DNA of 64,000 bases from Octopus vulgaris (Eukaryota). The notes under the pieces are model-generated. The model was not told the DNA's origin, searched no databases, and was given only the letters and a program-made list of their open reading frames with translations. The stretch lies in contig OX597814.1 in NCBI GenBank assembly GCA_951406725.2, forward strand, positions 38,068,001-38,132,000, given 5' to 3'. The translations under genes were made by a program, and so were the position numbers. Below are positions 11,503 to 25,722 of this stretch, piece by piece (the first letter of the stretch is position 1; every line of letters begins with the position of its first letter).

Positions 11503-14500
11503 TATTTAATAAACTAATCTTGCAAACTTTATATTCAACTTTTAGTAGATTCCAGTTCACTATAAAGCGACGTAACGAAATGTTGTTAAGATTCATGTCT
11601 ATCTATTTGAATTTAGTATTTAATGCATTGAGCTTATAAGCAGTAAGTACGAATAGAGAATGAGAGAAAGAGGAGGGGAGAGAGAACGAGAGAGAAAGAA
11701 CGAGGGAGAAAGAACGAGAGAGAAGGAACAATGAGTGTGAGAAAGAGTCAGTGAATGATTACATTCATTGCACATTAGAGTGTTGGCTATGTTTTGCATA
11801 AAGTGGTTGAATAGTCCAGAAGCACGTGCAGTCCTCAAATATTTCTGAAGTTCATTGACACTTGGAATATAGGCATAATAAGACCTGTGGTCTTGGGCAT
11901 TTTTTTTATTTATTTCATTTTATTCACAATATTTACTGTGATTTATGTTTATATTAAAAACACTTGACCCAGATTCAGCGAACTTGGGTCAAATTGACGC
12001 TATTTGCAGGGTGAAATGTTTAACTACTCGGCCTACCATGTGTGCCTGTCTTTATATTTATATGTGCTTACTTATTCTAGGTATTTGAAGTGAAAGAATG
12101 AATGATCGGTTACTCTGCTTCAGAGATGCCCTCGGATTCCAGAAATATCTAAATGCTAGTGTTTTTCTTGAGCAAGCAGAAGAACAACTGCATTGTTGGA
12201 TGAAATATTGATTGTTTTCCTTAGTATTGTAACGTTTGTGGTCTAACATTCGTTGTATGAGCAAAGTGTTTTTTTTTTTTCTGACAGATATTTTATGCCT
12301 GCGTTCTTTTACATTCTGTAAAATTGCGTTTCGCCGAACAGCAATCGATAAAATTATACCCTTTTGAATCACTTATTTGAGACATCAAATTTGAAGGCTG
12401 GTCTCAAGCATGGTCGCATACTAAAGACTCTAACAGTAAAAGGACAAAAGATCGACGACAATTAATTGAACTGGACTCTTTCAGATCTAATTATTTTCAT
12501 GATAGTCGCAATTCAAATTCGAACGGTTAGTTGTCCCGTTCCATGCAAACTCAGTCAGCTTTCTGTATTCTTTTATTTTGATTTTGAGAGTAGTGACAAG
12601 AAATCGATATTTAAGAAAAAAGTTGTAACTAAATCTTCTATCATATAGATAGCCAATGTTCTCTTGTAGTCCATTTATAGTAAATCACCATTTACGTGCT
12701 GAGATTTTGATAACCCCCGTTTTCGTTTTGTTATACGATCAGTTACACTGAAAACAAAACTGCCATGTAGTGATAATTTTTACGCTTTAATCTTATCACA
12801 ATCCTCGTGGCCCGCCAGTGCCTGAGTTGAATGTATTGAAAGTATTTTGCATATTTTCAGGTAATATTACATGATATATATCTAATCAATATTCTTGTAT
12901 TTTTCTACTTGAGATTTATACGATATCACAACACGGCATTCGGCATAATACGTAAATTTAAATTTTGTCACTGTACATCTTCGTATTCTTGTTCACAGTT
13001 GTCACTCAGTATATAGGTACACACTTGTTTAAATCTGACCATGTATTTGTATTTGTGTACATATTTGATATTTAATAAATTGCGAATAAGCATTTTGACA
13101 TTTTTGTTTAATATATTGTAGGTTTCAGAAAGATAATTTATTGTTATGACTTCAGTGTGTTCAGCATGAATAACAAAAGAAAAGAAATATTTCACAGAGA
13201 AGATGATTCACTCGCACAGGTATATATTTCCTGTTAGAATAATCGAATTTAGATTGGATGGTAGCAATACAGTCGTCGATTGCAGAGTACTACCACTATC
13301 TTGCTGTAATCGATTATACCATAAAATTGTAACAATCTATAGCTGGTATTGTTTAACATATACGAAATTTACATACATTTTTATGTATTTGAGTCTATGT
13401 ATGTGTGTGCATGTATGTGTGTCTGTGTGCGTATATTTCATATATTAAAATATTGTTTATGAAAAAAAATAAAACACTGAAATGTATTGCTATGATATTT
13501 TGCAAGACTCCAGGAGTAGTTATGATCAAGAATATAAATCCATATTTATGGGTTGTTCCTGAAGTAGGAGTACATCAAGCGTATTTTTTGTGTATGATCC
13601 AAATAACCTCATATCAATGAAGTACGCTAATGGCGCACAAATAAAAGTTAATGGAGCAATACTTCATTATACCACCCACGAAAATTTCAGTCAATCTCTT
13701 ATGCTTCAATACAGATTCAATTAATCTATTTTGACTATTTAATCTTAGATCTCGTGGATTCTGTCAAGTGTACGGTTAAACAAAACATATAAGGGCTCGC
13801 CTTCAACAACAAATATGTATGATGAAAGAACCTCACGATTACTGACGGTATTGACACCACTTTGAAAACAATAGCAACGTAAGCATAAATATCAAAAGAA
13901 GCATTCAACCACAAAAGTTGTGACTGCAGTAATAATTGCAAAAGTACACACAAATATCAACATGACGATGAATGGTAAACACAGAGAGTAACAATAGCTC
14001 CAGCAAGTGTAGCAACAAGAACAACTTAGCAAACATCAAAACCGTGGAACATCAACGTAAAATCAAAGAGTATATACTCCTCCTATCAGATCACTCGGCT
14101 ATATCATGGAACGTAAGGAAGGAAGATGAACAACGGTAAACTATATGAGAAATAAAGGAGATAAAAATGAAAATCGAAGTATCTTCTTTCAAAACATCTG
14201 AGAGATTTGAAGAGTATATTATACTCTAAAGTAATATACTAGAACCAGCTTTCCCACTACCATTACCGCAGATGAAACAAACTCTTCAACTACAATATGC
14301 AAACAAAAGGTAATGTATATTCACAGTAACAAGACTAACGCACGCATAGCGAACAAAAGATAGGATCATAGAAACCACCAAAAAACATTTAATGAGCCAT
14401 TTACGTCATAACATAATTATTACAGGCAATCACTAATTCATACCAACAAATAAAATGCCAACATACAAAACTGATATTTAAAGAAAGAAGAGATATATAT

Positions 14501-15089
14501 AGCAAGCTGAAAAGAACATCGCGTTGAAATGTAAGATGTCTCAGGTACAATGAGCCTCACCAACTATAGAAAACATAAGACTGAAAGGAATAAAGACAGA
14601 AACCTTTCTATTTGTTTACGCTCACCTCAACTGTTTCATGTTTGACTTGGAAAGAGAAGTGAATGTGAAGATGGAATTGCTATCGTCCAGAAATGTTCTT
14701 CATTAGTGAATGAGATTGGTGGTCAGGATCTGAATATGCTACTACAGATAGTAAAGGTGAGTTGTGAGAGAGCACTTGGTCAAGTCAGACGTGTTAAACA
14801 CAAAACAAAACAATATAATTCAGAGCTTGTTGACATGAAATAGCCTGGAAGTAACTGCGACAGCAGCAGATTAGCATTTCCCCGTTCTGTGGCTCACCAA
14901 CATCGCATATAAGTGTCGCTTCCAGACCAAGATCAACTTAACTTATCTCAACGTTTATAGAAAACAGAAGCTTTTGACTTTTCCGCGGTAAATATACGAT
15001 TGATATACCATATAGTGAATTATTCTAATTTAGAACTGATTCTATTTCATAATTCATATGTTATTCATATTTGGTGCTGTCACTGAATC

Positions 15090-15300
15090 TAGTGTATTGT
15101 CTTTGTGCCCTACCACCACTTTACAGGGTGCCTTGGTGTGTTTAAGTTTCATATAAATCATGCGGTTCGACATACGATTTGGATAGAATAAGCGCCAAGC
15201 TTGAAAAATAACGAATGGTGTCGACTCATTCGACTAAAATTCATGAATGCGGTGCTCCACTGTTGCTGCAATCATATGACTAAACAGGTAAAGATAGATG
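15090..15300 (+). mobile_element. Degenerate SINE family A tail
   Basis: ggtgtgttt..gcggttcga..gatagaataag..tcgactaa..gcggtgctcca matches the family A tail. Confidence 0.6.
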
Positions 15301-15893
15301 ATATGTGTGTGTGTATGTTCTTGTGTGTATGTGTATGCGTGTATGCCTGTATGAATGTATACATGTATGTTTGTCTGTACGTATATATTTCTAAAATATA
15401 TAACATACACGAATATACTAAATAAAAAATAAGTAAATAAAAATACCTCAGTGGCAATAGGTGAAAGGTAGGAATATGAAATAGCATACGACATAAATTT
15501 TGGATGTACTACCATTATCCTTGCCACTAGAGAAAATTTTATAAATGCAGAGTGATTATTGAGACAAGCCCCTTCTGTGACATTCGCAGGAAACAAGAAG
15601 TTTTGGCAGTTAACATGGTAGTACAGAAAGGAATGTAGGCAGTCAGGTGATTATACCAAACACGTGGACCGGGTGTATGCCTCAAAAAATCGTATCAATA
15701 CCATCTTTGTCGAGCTCTAACTTCAGTAGCCACTTCACACGCGCGCGCACACCCACCCAAACGCGCACACATACACACACGCACAGACGCATATATATAT
15801 ATATATATATCCTTTTATTTACTAAAATAATTCTAGATTCTTAATTGACCTTACTAGTATTATTATACTGGTGAATGGGGTTTCTAAAGAATA

Positions 15894-16125
15894 CCTATTT
15901 CTTTACTACCCACAAGGGGCTAACACAGAGAGGACAAACAAGGACAGACAAATGCATTAAGGTGATTATATCGACCCCAGTGCGCAACTGGTACTTATTT
16001 AATCGACCCCGAAAAATGAAAGGCAAAGTTGACCTCGGCGGAATTTGAACTCAGAACGTAGCGGCAGACGAAATACGGTTACGCATTTCGCCCGGCATGC
16101 TAACGTTTCTGCCAGCTCACCGCCT
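15894..16125 (-). mobile_element. SINE family B (tRNA-derived), near full length
   Basis: Minus strand aggcggtgagctggcagaaacgttagc (A-box-like) ... gagttcaaattcc (B box) ... gaggtcaactttgcctttcat..ggggtcgat central domain; several more copies in the window. Confidence 0.88.
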
Positions 16126-16169
16126 GCCCGTATACGTTACCAGTGGTAAAAGGTGATGAAAACGGGAGT

Positions 16170-16640
16170 CGTAGCAGCTACGGTACAGATTGGTGGCGGG
16201 ACCAACAAGATTATTAGAAAAAGAATATCCACAATGACGTTTACTGTGGTATGACGAGTCTGAGCCGCCTTTAAATAGCCCTAACTGGGCCGTGCATCGT
16301 TCAGTAGGAGTACACTACAAGAGACTCGGTGGATTATCCTTTAGTGATGAACAACGGCATATCTTTATTTAGTGACTTGTAACCCTAAATGCGGCCGTCA
16401 TGCTACAGTGAAGGTGGTAACAATAAACCGCCTCTTTACTTTTCTGTACCCAACAACAATCCAGGATAATCGCAATTCAATGCTGAAAGATAACGACATG
16501 GAGGGAACTTTTCTATCTGACGAGTATGGCTTCCTCACCCGACAGGGTATCCCGTGTCATCAAAAAGACTGTTAGCAACAGAAGAACCATCTGAGTGGGA
16601 ACCTAGAATGTGAGGTCTTGATTTAAAGCTCTACAACCCA
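16170..16640 (+). mobile_element. Possible 5'UTR and APE-endonuclease start of an RTE-like LINE (degenerate)
   Basis: ~16580-16630 reads RRTI*VGT*NVRS*, resembling the (I/V)GTWNVR(S/T)L APE N-terminal motif, preceded by a GC-richer leader. Confidence 0.4.
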
Positions 16641-18244
16641 TAACCCACTGGTTCAAAGGAGAAGTCTGAGTTTTCCAGCAACGGAGTTTTGTTTCGTGGA
16701 TCCTTTTTTCTTATCCGTGCTATTTCGCATGCTTTCAACGAATGTTATATCGAAATCACGCTTAAACAGCTACTTTCCCTAGAAAAAGAAAGATTTGGCT
16801 GCTATTTCTTGCACTCTCTACTACAGAGTAACAGGTATTTCGGGTCCTTTATCGCAAATAGCTGTTACGTGTTGGGAGGACGTGCTATAAATAGCAGCCA
16901 AATCTTTGGATGTGAGATACGTCGAATGCACTCGAAAGAAACCTATGGATACAATCCATTTCAGACCGAGGTTACGGATGGAGCATTTACGAAATATTTA
17001 TCCTATTTTAAACGTCATTTTCACTTCAAAATATTTTGACTATCATAATGTATCTAATGGAAAGGCTGGAGATTCTTCCCTTTCAGGCTGATGTTATTTT
17101 TGGAGATGTAAGGTATACTAGCCCTCTCAATATGGTTAACTCCTAAGGGTGGGTGTTACTGTAGCTTGTAGCTCCAGGAGATCACTGTCTCCAGCTGGCT
17201 TTAGGCACGCTTTCTGTACCCTTATGTTATCTGCAGTTTCTAGGTATTTGCCTTGTGAACATTATTTTTGGAGAATTTTCCCATTATGCATATTTTTGGA
17301 TATTTATACCCCAAAGCCCCGAATGTCCCAGTAACTACTGGTACGATTTACTCGAAACTACTTTTATTCTGTTCGTATTCACATTTCAAGGTCACTTTAT
17401 TTTCCCATTATGCGCAAGTTTGTTGTGAACCATTGCAAACATACAAGATTGAACGTCACTTCTAATAATATATAGATTGACACGATTATGTTTCATCATA
17501 ATCATTCGTTTACTTATATTGTTGTCTACATAAATTGAATGATGTATGCCAATATTTGTTTAGTTAAAAAGTAAGTAAACATAGAATAGATATATTTTAC
17601 CATCATGTAATGATATATATGTATATACAGACTTAGACCTAAAATAAATATAACACGGATATCAATTGTAACATTATTAAACGTAAACAAATATATCACG
17701 ATGTATAGAAATAGGTTGATCTAAAAGAACAAACTCAATAACGTAACAGCATAGCTATATTTTCATTTGTTGGGAGTATATTTTAAAATTTGAATGAATA
17801 TAGACAGAGAAAATTTTACACAAGATAGCAATTTGAAAATGATTGGTAGAATTGCCTATAGAGTTGCACGTTCACGAGAAAAAAATATGAGGATATGATT
17901 GGAGAGACATATGTATCAATAATAAGATTCAAAGATTAAACAGGTGAACGACAAAGGAACGAATGGAAAATTCACACACAAGCCATGGACATACCCTTTT
18001 CTCTCAGTTATCATCCACAGAATCATTAAAATTTCACGCCTTTAACGATAATATCGTTCCTTTTTGGTGGCGTGAACAGCGAAAAGCTGCTGGGTATAGT
18101 GAACGAAACTCTGCCAACCTACAAGTATTTACGTACCATCTTCCAGGAAAGTGTGTAATATATAAAGTGGCATATCCAATAACAAAACACAGCTGTATAT
18201 AGTGGCTATTTGAGCAATGTGTTGGAGCATGATTAAAGAGTTTC

Positions 18245-18610
18245 GTAGTTGTGTGATAAGTAGCTTGCTTACAAACCACATGGTTCCGGGTTCAGTCCCA
18301 CTGCGTGGAATCTTAGGCTAGTGTCTTCTGCTATATCCTCGGGCCGACCAAAGCCTTGTGGATGGATTTGGTAGACGGAAACGGAAAGAAGTCCGTCATA
18401 TATATGTGTTTGTGTGTTGTGTTTGCCCCCTCCCCCAACATCGCTTGACAACTGATGCTGGTGTGTTTACGTTCCCGTAACTTAGCGGTTCGACAAAAGA
18501 GACTGATAGAATAAGTATTAGGCTTACAAATAATAAGTCCTGGGGTCAATTTCCTCGACTAAAGGCGGTGCTCCAGCATGGCCACTGTCAAATGAATAAA
18601 TGAATAAATG
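18245..18610 (+). mobile_element. SINE family A (tRNA-derived, internal microsatellite), full length
   Basis: tRNA-like head gtgtgataagtagcttgc...gggttcagtccc (B-box-like), core, short (TA/TG)n, tail ending ggtgctccagcatggcc..aaatgaataaa; resembles the known octopus tRNA-SINEs (OK/OR group), exact family not assigned. Confidence 0.9.
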
Positions 18611-18872
18611 TCATATACTCCTATTACAGTTTTTCATCTTCGATCTTATTGTTTTTTTACATCTGAGTTCTCGTATATGAAACGTCGTAGCAAAATTCAG
18701 GTGCTGGCTATAACTCCTATGATTATAGAAGTAATCTAAAAGCACACTCCTAACGCATTAGAAAGTGTTGTTTGATTATAAAAAAAAAAAACGTTTTATA
18801 AACTTTATAATACATTATGGTTGCATAGCGAAATACTGCGTACCTAAAGCCATTAAATTGTACCGTACACAA

Positions 18873-19090
18873 TCGGTTTCGAAATTTAAGCACAACGCCA
18901 GCACTTTTGGAGTAGGAGACTTAGTAGATTACATCGACTCCTGTCTTCAACTGGTAATTATTTTATCGGCACCGAAAAGACGAGAAAGCTTCTCGACCTC
19001 GGCGAAACGGATCTGAGAATGTAAAGATGAACGAAATGCCGCTAAGCGTTTTTTCTAGGCTTGCTAATGATTGTGGTATCTCGCCACCTT
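18873..19090 (-). mobile_element. SINE family B, diverged
   Basis: gattacatcgactcc..actggta..tcgacctcggcg..gaaatgccgctaagc..ctcgccacctt. Confidence 0.75.
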
Positions 19091-19714
19091 ACGCCGTAAC
19101 TTAAATATTCATAGATATTTGCAAATATATATTGTTTTCCTAATGTGACATGCAAATAATTTAATCAGTTTTTTTTTCATTATTATTATTCAAGCTTAAA
19201 TATTCGTCAAGAACATCTGCAAACATTTAATGTTCCTATACAAATTTAAATAGTTTTAAAACTGCTGCAGATGACATGAGCTCCCACAAGGTTAAAGTTT
19301 AAAATTTATTCCCAAAATGTCCATGGGAAACTTGTAAGTAGTCTTTTCTAAACTGTTTCCGTTATTTTAGTCTTTTTGCCTTTCGAACATGAATACCAAC
19401 AATAGTTAAAAATCTAGTCCTTGAGCTTTATGTGTAGACTTTTATAATAAGAGATAATTGTCAGGATTCTTGCTGAAAATTAGACGCTTATGTAATTGTT
19501 ATGGTGTATCTGTAAAACTATTGGACACAATATTACAGCCCAAATTTCACGTTTACCTAACATAGTGATTTGCTCACTAAAACGCTGCAGGATTTCTGCG
19601 GGGAAAGAAGTTGCACATGCTCAACATCAGCGTTGTTGGATATTTTAACAGTTATTCAACGATAAGTATCTAATTGTCTCTATTTTAGTAGCAAGAATTT
19701 TATATTCTCAAAAT

Positions 19715-20060
19715 AGTTCTGGGTCCTGCCCCACTGCCTGTCACCTTGGGCAAGTGTGTTCTACTAAAGATTCAGGACGACTAAAGAGGTGTGAGTGGAC
19801 CTAGTACAGGGAAACTGAAAGTATCATGCCGTGTATATGTGTGCGAGCGCTCGCGTGCTTGTGTGTGTGTGTGTATGCGTATGTGCAGGTGTGTTCATGT
19901 CATCGTAACTTAACAGTTCGGCAAAAGAAACTGATAGCATAGGTACTGGATTGTAAAGAGATCTACTGGAACCTATTCATATGACTAAATATGATTGAAG
20001 CCACGCTCCAACATGGCTGAAGTCTTACTGAATGGCTGAAACAAGTAAACGATAAAAGAT
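19715..20060 (+). mobile_element. SINE family A, diverged full length
   Basis: caccttgggcaagtgtgttctact..gaaactgaaag..(TG)n..cgtaacttaacagttcggcaaaaga..gaaacaagtaaa. Confidence 0.78.
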
Positions 20061-21553
20061 TGAAATTCGACAGACTAGTCACAAAATAATATCAGAAGGT
20101 TAGCAACCACGTCATTGTTGGAGACTAAGAAACTATTCGCATACTTTAAAAGTAGAATAAAACATCGTTGCAAACAAGGAAAAAAATCAGATATCACTTC
20201 CTTTTGCAAATTTGATGAAAACCTATGCTTTGTAAAGTTTTTTTTCCAGAAGTGCCACTATTTAACCGGTAGTCCATCGTAGACGCCATGCTTTCTATGC
20301 ATTAAGCAGTACTAATTTGTTACCTCAAACAAGGAGAAACCTCTAAATATAATATCTCTTCAGATGTTAAGACAGCAGTATGCATTTTGATGCTGAGAAA
20401 TTTCATATACTCTGCTATAGGCTCGCAACTATAAGGCAGACGAAATGCCCAGGACTAAAACTGGTGGGTGGGTATTCACGCTCTTTGTTCAGTTTGTGAC
20501 AAAGAGATCAATGCCATTGATACTGCAATCTTAACATACGCATATTAATGAAATGACGAAACTGAGCAGACAGCTCAAGAGATCGCTTCCGTTATCATTT
20601 AAAAATTATACAAAAGGAAATTCCGTTCGATCGATTAAGGCCTAAATTTTAGTATTTGTTGACAGCTATCTCTAAATTATTATCGCCACACACGTTTGAA
20701 GGATAACAAGGAATTCGTATAGTTTCAATGCATCTGATAAGCTAATGAAATATTTGAGAATGGAAACGGGAAGGTGTGGTGCCTACACACACACGTACAC
20801 ACACACACACACACATAATCACAAACATATATACACATATGTACACACACAAGAACCCACACAAACACAAACTCATGCATACAGTCACACTAACACATTT
20901 ATGTATACATATATATTCATAGGTTGATGCACACTGATACGCACTCATATACTAAAATCTGTGTTTGCATGTGTTTTTGTTTGTGTGCGCAAGCGTGTGC
21001 GTATATATGTGTCTGCGTGCATGCGTACGTACGTGCATACGTGCGTGCAGGGATGTGTGAACATATGTCTTGCTTAGGCTCTCAAATCCTTCCTAAATTT
21101 GTGGCTGCGACAATCATCTGTTGCCGAAACAGAGGCCATCTTTTTCCATATCTGACCGCATTCGATTTCTACCAGAAAAAAGGCCAGACAGACGGAAACA
21201 CTTAAAGGGTGGGAAGAATTGACACAAGCACTAGAATTTAAATTATTTATCGATTCTGGAATATGAGCTTATGTGTAATATGACGAAATTTTAACAGAGT
21301 ACACTGTGTCAACAACTATCCTTCCCCGCAGAAAATAATGCTGTCTTTTTCCTTAAGGGCCGGTCTACCTTCGAGAATTTTCGGTTTATAATCTCAAAAA
21401 TGTTCTCCCTTCCTTATATGGGGCTGGTCACAAAAACCATCTGGTAACTGTGACAAATACTCTTGAAGATAATTTTGATTATCAATACTTTAGATTGCAA
21501 AATATTTGATGTACCTTTAATTGCCTATCTCTCTCACCCTCTCTTACTCTCTG

Positions 21554-21590
<37 letters not shown>

Positions 21591-22099
21591 CTCATTTATA
21601 CATATATGTGCATACACACACACATGTTCACGCACACACAAATACAAACACAGACATTCACAAACGCACACGGTTTCTACTTGTACACTGTCTATTATGC
21701 TGGTGCTAGCTACACTTTAAACAACTAGCGACTTAATACCGTGCTACAGCCGTTTACGCTATAACAGCAAGCGATGCAACTGCTACTGCTGGTGACTTCT
21801 ATATCTCCCAGCAGTTATGATGATAATATATTTATCTCCTTTCAGCTATCGATATTTTGTTTGTTTTCTCTTTCACTCATGCACTCTGTCACACTACACT
21901 TGGTGAGCTTTGTAGAATGTCTCTATAATCATATTATTATCAGTTGATTCGATTTTTCTGTTTGCTTTTTTCTTCTTACCGTTCCATTTACGTTTGACTG
22001 TGCTTACAGATTATTGGTTTTCTTCAGTAAATTAGGTAATTGCCCAAGGTATTATTATCATTATTTTCTTTTATTTTAATTCCCAAATAAAGGAAATAA

Positions 22100-22310
22100 A
22101 AGGCACAATCAATACACTGTTGGACAAATTGCCTTGAGCTATTTGTTGCTGCATTTATTTCATGTTTGTAGTTCAAATCCAGCAGTGATCCACTCCACGC
22201 TGTCATTCATTCCGCTTCGGTCAATAAAATAAAATATCAATCAAGTTTTGGTGTCGATGTAAATCGATAAACTCTTCCCATCAAAATTGCTGCCTTTCTC
22301 CAAATATTTC
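22100..22310 (+). mobile_element. Very degenerate SINE family B
   Basis: gtagttcaaatcc (B box) ... ggtcaataaaat ... ggtgtcgatgtaaatcga. Confidence 0.45.
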
Positions 22311-22637
22311 ACGCATTTTTCTTCTCGTATTAGTGAAGTAGATGATAAAATAGTGGAGCATCCGTAAATAGTACCTTTAAACAATAACTGTTATCTAAGT
22401 ACTTTCCATTCTAAGTCGACTTACGTTTTCCTTCCTCCAGGTTCATGCGACAGGAAAGACTTAAGAACTACAGTCTAACGTAGTTATCGTTTTTGTTTAA
22501 TTTGTAGATTTGGTCACAACGTCACTTTCATGTGCCAGTCTTTGTTGTTTTTGCTTGAGCAATCATGTTATTGTTGGATATGATGACATCGTATCTTGTA
22601 ACGTAAATTACAAACTTATTCGAGATTTTCGTTGCTC

Positions 22638-22701
<64 letters not shown>

Positions 22702-23828
22702 TATATAAGGAAATTTATTTAACCATAAATTGCTGCAATCGAGACTTTGTCGATACACACCACACAATTGTTAAATTCTTGCTAATACTAGAAACCAATA
22801 CCATATTTAGGGTACTCGCTTACCATTTAATTCCGATCAACTTCCATATATCCCAGATTTTCTTTCCGTTTATCTCTGGTGTTCAAATACGTAACTGTGC
22901 AATACTATTCCTTGTCTCGTACCGTCTCGTGAGTTACAAGTTCACCAGCACTTTTCGATGGGAAAATAATATACGTAAACTTAAATCAACCCGACTACCG
23001 GGTGGTATTGAAACATTTTCCATGCTGGCATACTCTAAAACCTATTGTAAACTCTTTGACTTAAGTATTGCCCAATGTGAAAATTGGATCGTAAGCAGAG
23101 TATGCTTCCAAGCATGGGACAAATGTATACAATATATAAAAACATATTATTCGGCTTTACTAAACATCTATTTGACTGAGATTATTGTCTATCTATATTC
23201 TGAAACATACATTCTTCAAACAATGCCATTATGGAAAATAATTCTATTGTAATATTATTAATAGAGAAGGGTATTGATATTTCTTGGTTAGCACCCGATC
23301 TGCACACACATATGCGACTGGAAGGTAATTTCCAACTACCTCAAATCACCGAAATACGCGTTGTTTTAATCTACAGTAGATTAGAGGTTCAACACAGTTG
23401 AGCCTCTTATACTCCTGTGAACTAGTTTCTGTTTCGATATAGATGCATATGCCTTATGTTGAACGGCAGAGTTTATTCAGTTGTGATCAATTCATCCATA
23501 ACGGAATGTCTTTCTTTTTGAAGTTGGTAGACCGTTTATGAACGACTTAGTTTTTGAACGATTGCAATCAAACAGGAATAAAGTTCGCGAATGCAACTTT
23601 GTGATACATGAGTGTATTGCTTCTGAAAATATAGCGAAAAAATGACATGGAGAATATTACTTATGTGCATGTGTGTGTGTTTTTGCATGTGCGCATGCGT
23701 GTGAGTGTGTGTATCGTGATGTCTATCAAAAAATATGTATGTGTGTATGTATATATAATATAAATAATATATATGCATATATACGTACATGTACACACAC
23801 ATATATATATATACATGTATATACACAT

Positions 23829-24800
23829 GCATATATGGGTAACGGACGTCAAAAATTGTAAACAATATGAAATACGAGTACATGGAAAACAGCCCTTTTT
23901 GCGAACAAGTAAAGAAACAAATTGAAAACCAAGATAGGCAATGTAAAGAACAATTCCTTTATCAGTTGTCCACTGTTTTATCCACTCCGCATTTCGAGCA
24001 TTAGGATAAGATGTGTCTTCATCAAAATAGTTGCTCCCGCAAAGCAAATTAAATAAACTTTGGTATTTGCGGAGGGTCAAAGTTGGTAAAAAAGCAGGAC
24101 AGTGAAAACAAACGGTAATGGCTGTTAGGCCATAACGAGGTGTAGTGTTGAATGCGGGAGAAAAATCTTTGACAGGAGACAGACAAAACTACATGCTATC
24201 CCTTTCGCTGAACGAGTTAGAAAAAGAAAAATAGTCGCTGGCCACGTGTGTCAGCGAGAGAGCCAGGGAGGAAGTGAGGGACGGAGAGAGAGACAGATAC
24301 AGAAAGGTGAATGGGGATGAGAACATTTAGAGGCGGGATGATAGAAGAAAAAGGGACGATAAAAATAATATTGAAAGATGAAAAGGAGGTAAATATAAAT
24401 AGTGATAGAATAGTGTCGCATTAGAATTATTAAGATAACACATACTAAGAAATGGTTCCTTGTTCAGCTACAGGGATTGCACGCATTTTTGTCCGTCTCC
24501 GGTTAAATCTTGTTTCTTCAGTGTTCACCACTTCACCTCGCTATGGCTTATCAACCCTTACCGTTTATTTTCACACTCCTGTTTTTGTTACCCTCCGCAA
24601 ATCCCAAATTTTATTTAATTTACTTTGCCGGAGCAACTGTTTTCACGAAGACTCATCTTATTCTAATTCACCAAATATAGAATAGACAAATTACTGGACA
24701 ACTGATGAAGGGACTGTTCCTTATTTTGCTTGTCTTGTTTTCCCATTTGTTTTCGTTTTCATGTTGTTTTTGTCTTTTGACGTCATGTAACCAAATATGC
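23829..24800. repeat. Long imperfect inverted repeat: arms 23829-24216 and 24459-24800, spacer ~240 bp
   Basis: Collinear reverse-complement blocks, e.g. gcaaagcaaattaaataaactttggtatttgcggaggg vs ccctccgcaaatcccaaattttatttaatttactttgc; the ORF track shows matching peptides TLRKYQSLFNLLC and TLRKSQILFNLLC. Confidence 0.9.
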
Positions 24801-24873
24801 TTGTGTATACACACACACACACACACACACATATATATGTATATATATATGTGTGTGTATATGTATTTATATG

Positions 24874-24969
<96 letters not shown>

Positions 24970-25066
24970 TATAAGTGTATATGTATGTATGCACGTATGT
25001 GTATATATATATATATATATTATTCATATTATGTGACTGAACGCCATGCATCAATTTCCAAGTATG

Positions 25067-25129
<63 letters not shown>

Positions 25130-25722
25130 TCGTGTATATAAATATTTATACATATATATTTTCTATTTATTTATCTGTGTATACATTCATATATACGTAC
25201 ACCTGCATATATCCTCAATGAATCTATATTAACCCATCTGAAGCTATATAATCTTTAGGTAATGATATAATGCGGGTGAATTCAAAGTGACCTACTCCAA
25301 GTTTCAACAGAAAGAGGCATTATTTCATTATTTGTAGTACTATTTAAACAAGAGAAGTTGCTTGACCTAGAAAAATAGGTCTTCATAGAAGAATGATTGC
25401 CTACAAAGGGCTGTTAATTTCGTACCGAACAAAATACGTATCAATATCTGATTAGTATTGATTCAAATCAACATTACCCTTTGATATGTATTGTCGACCA
25501 TCTGTCTGTTACAATTTTATGTGTTTATGTTTTTTATGTTTTTATTAATTTTTTTATTTTTCCACATTAAAACATGTTTTATTTGTTCTTGTAGCTATTC
25601 TAATTCGAAGATTGATGCTATCCGATTGTGATTGTTTCGTTGGTTGATTTTTCAGTTTGCTAAAAGAGATAATGTGCTGTGTGAAGAAACATTTTTATAA
25701 CAATCGAATGAAATTGTATTTA

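Noticed and set aside
11880-12370. Possible piggyBac end (gggtcaaattgac..tttaa) and Cys-rich C-terminus trace
   Set aside because: No matching second terminus, and the Cys motif needs several assumed frameshifts
13960-14600. A-rich segment, and the T-rich 52430-53200 segment, as LINE ORF1 remnants
   Set aside because: Composition is suggestive, but I could not read a diagnostic motif
24702-24730. Intact hammerhead ribozyme at CTGATGA
   Set aside because: No GAAA core follows the putative stem II
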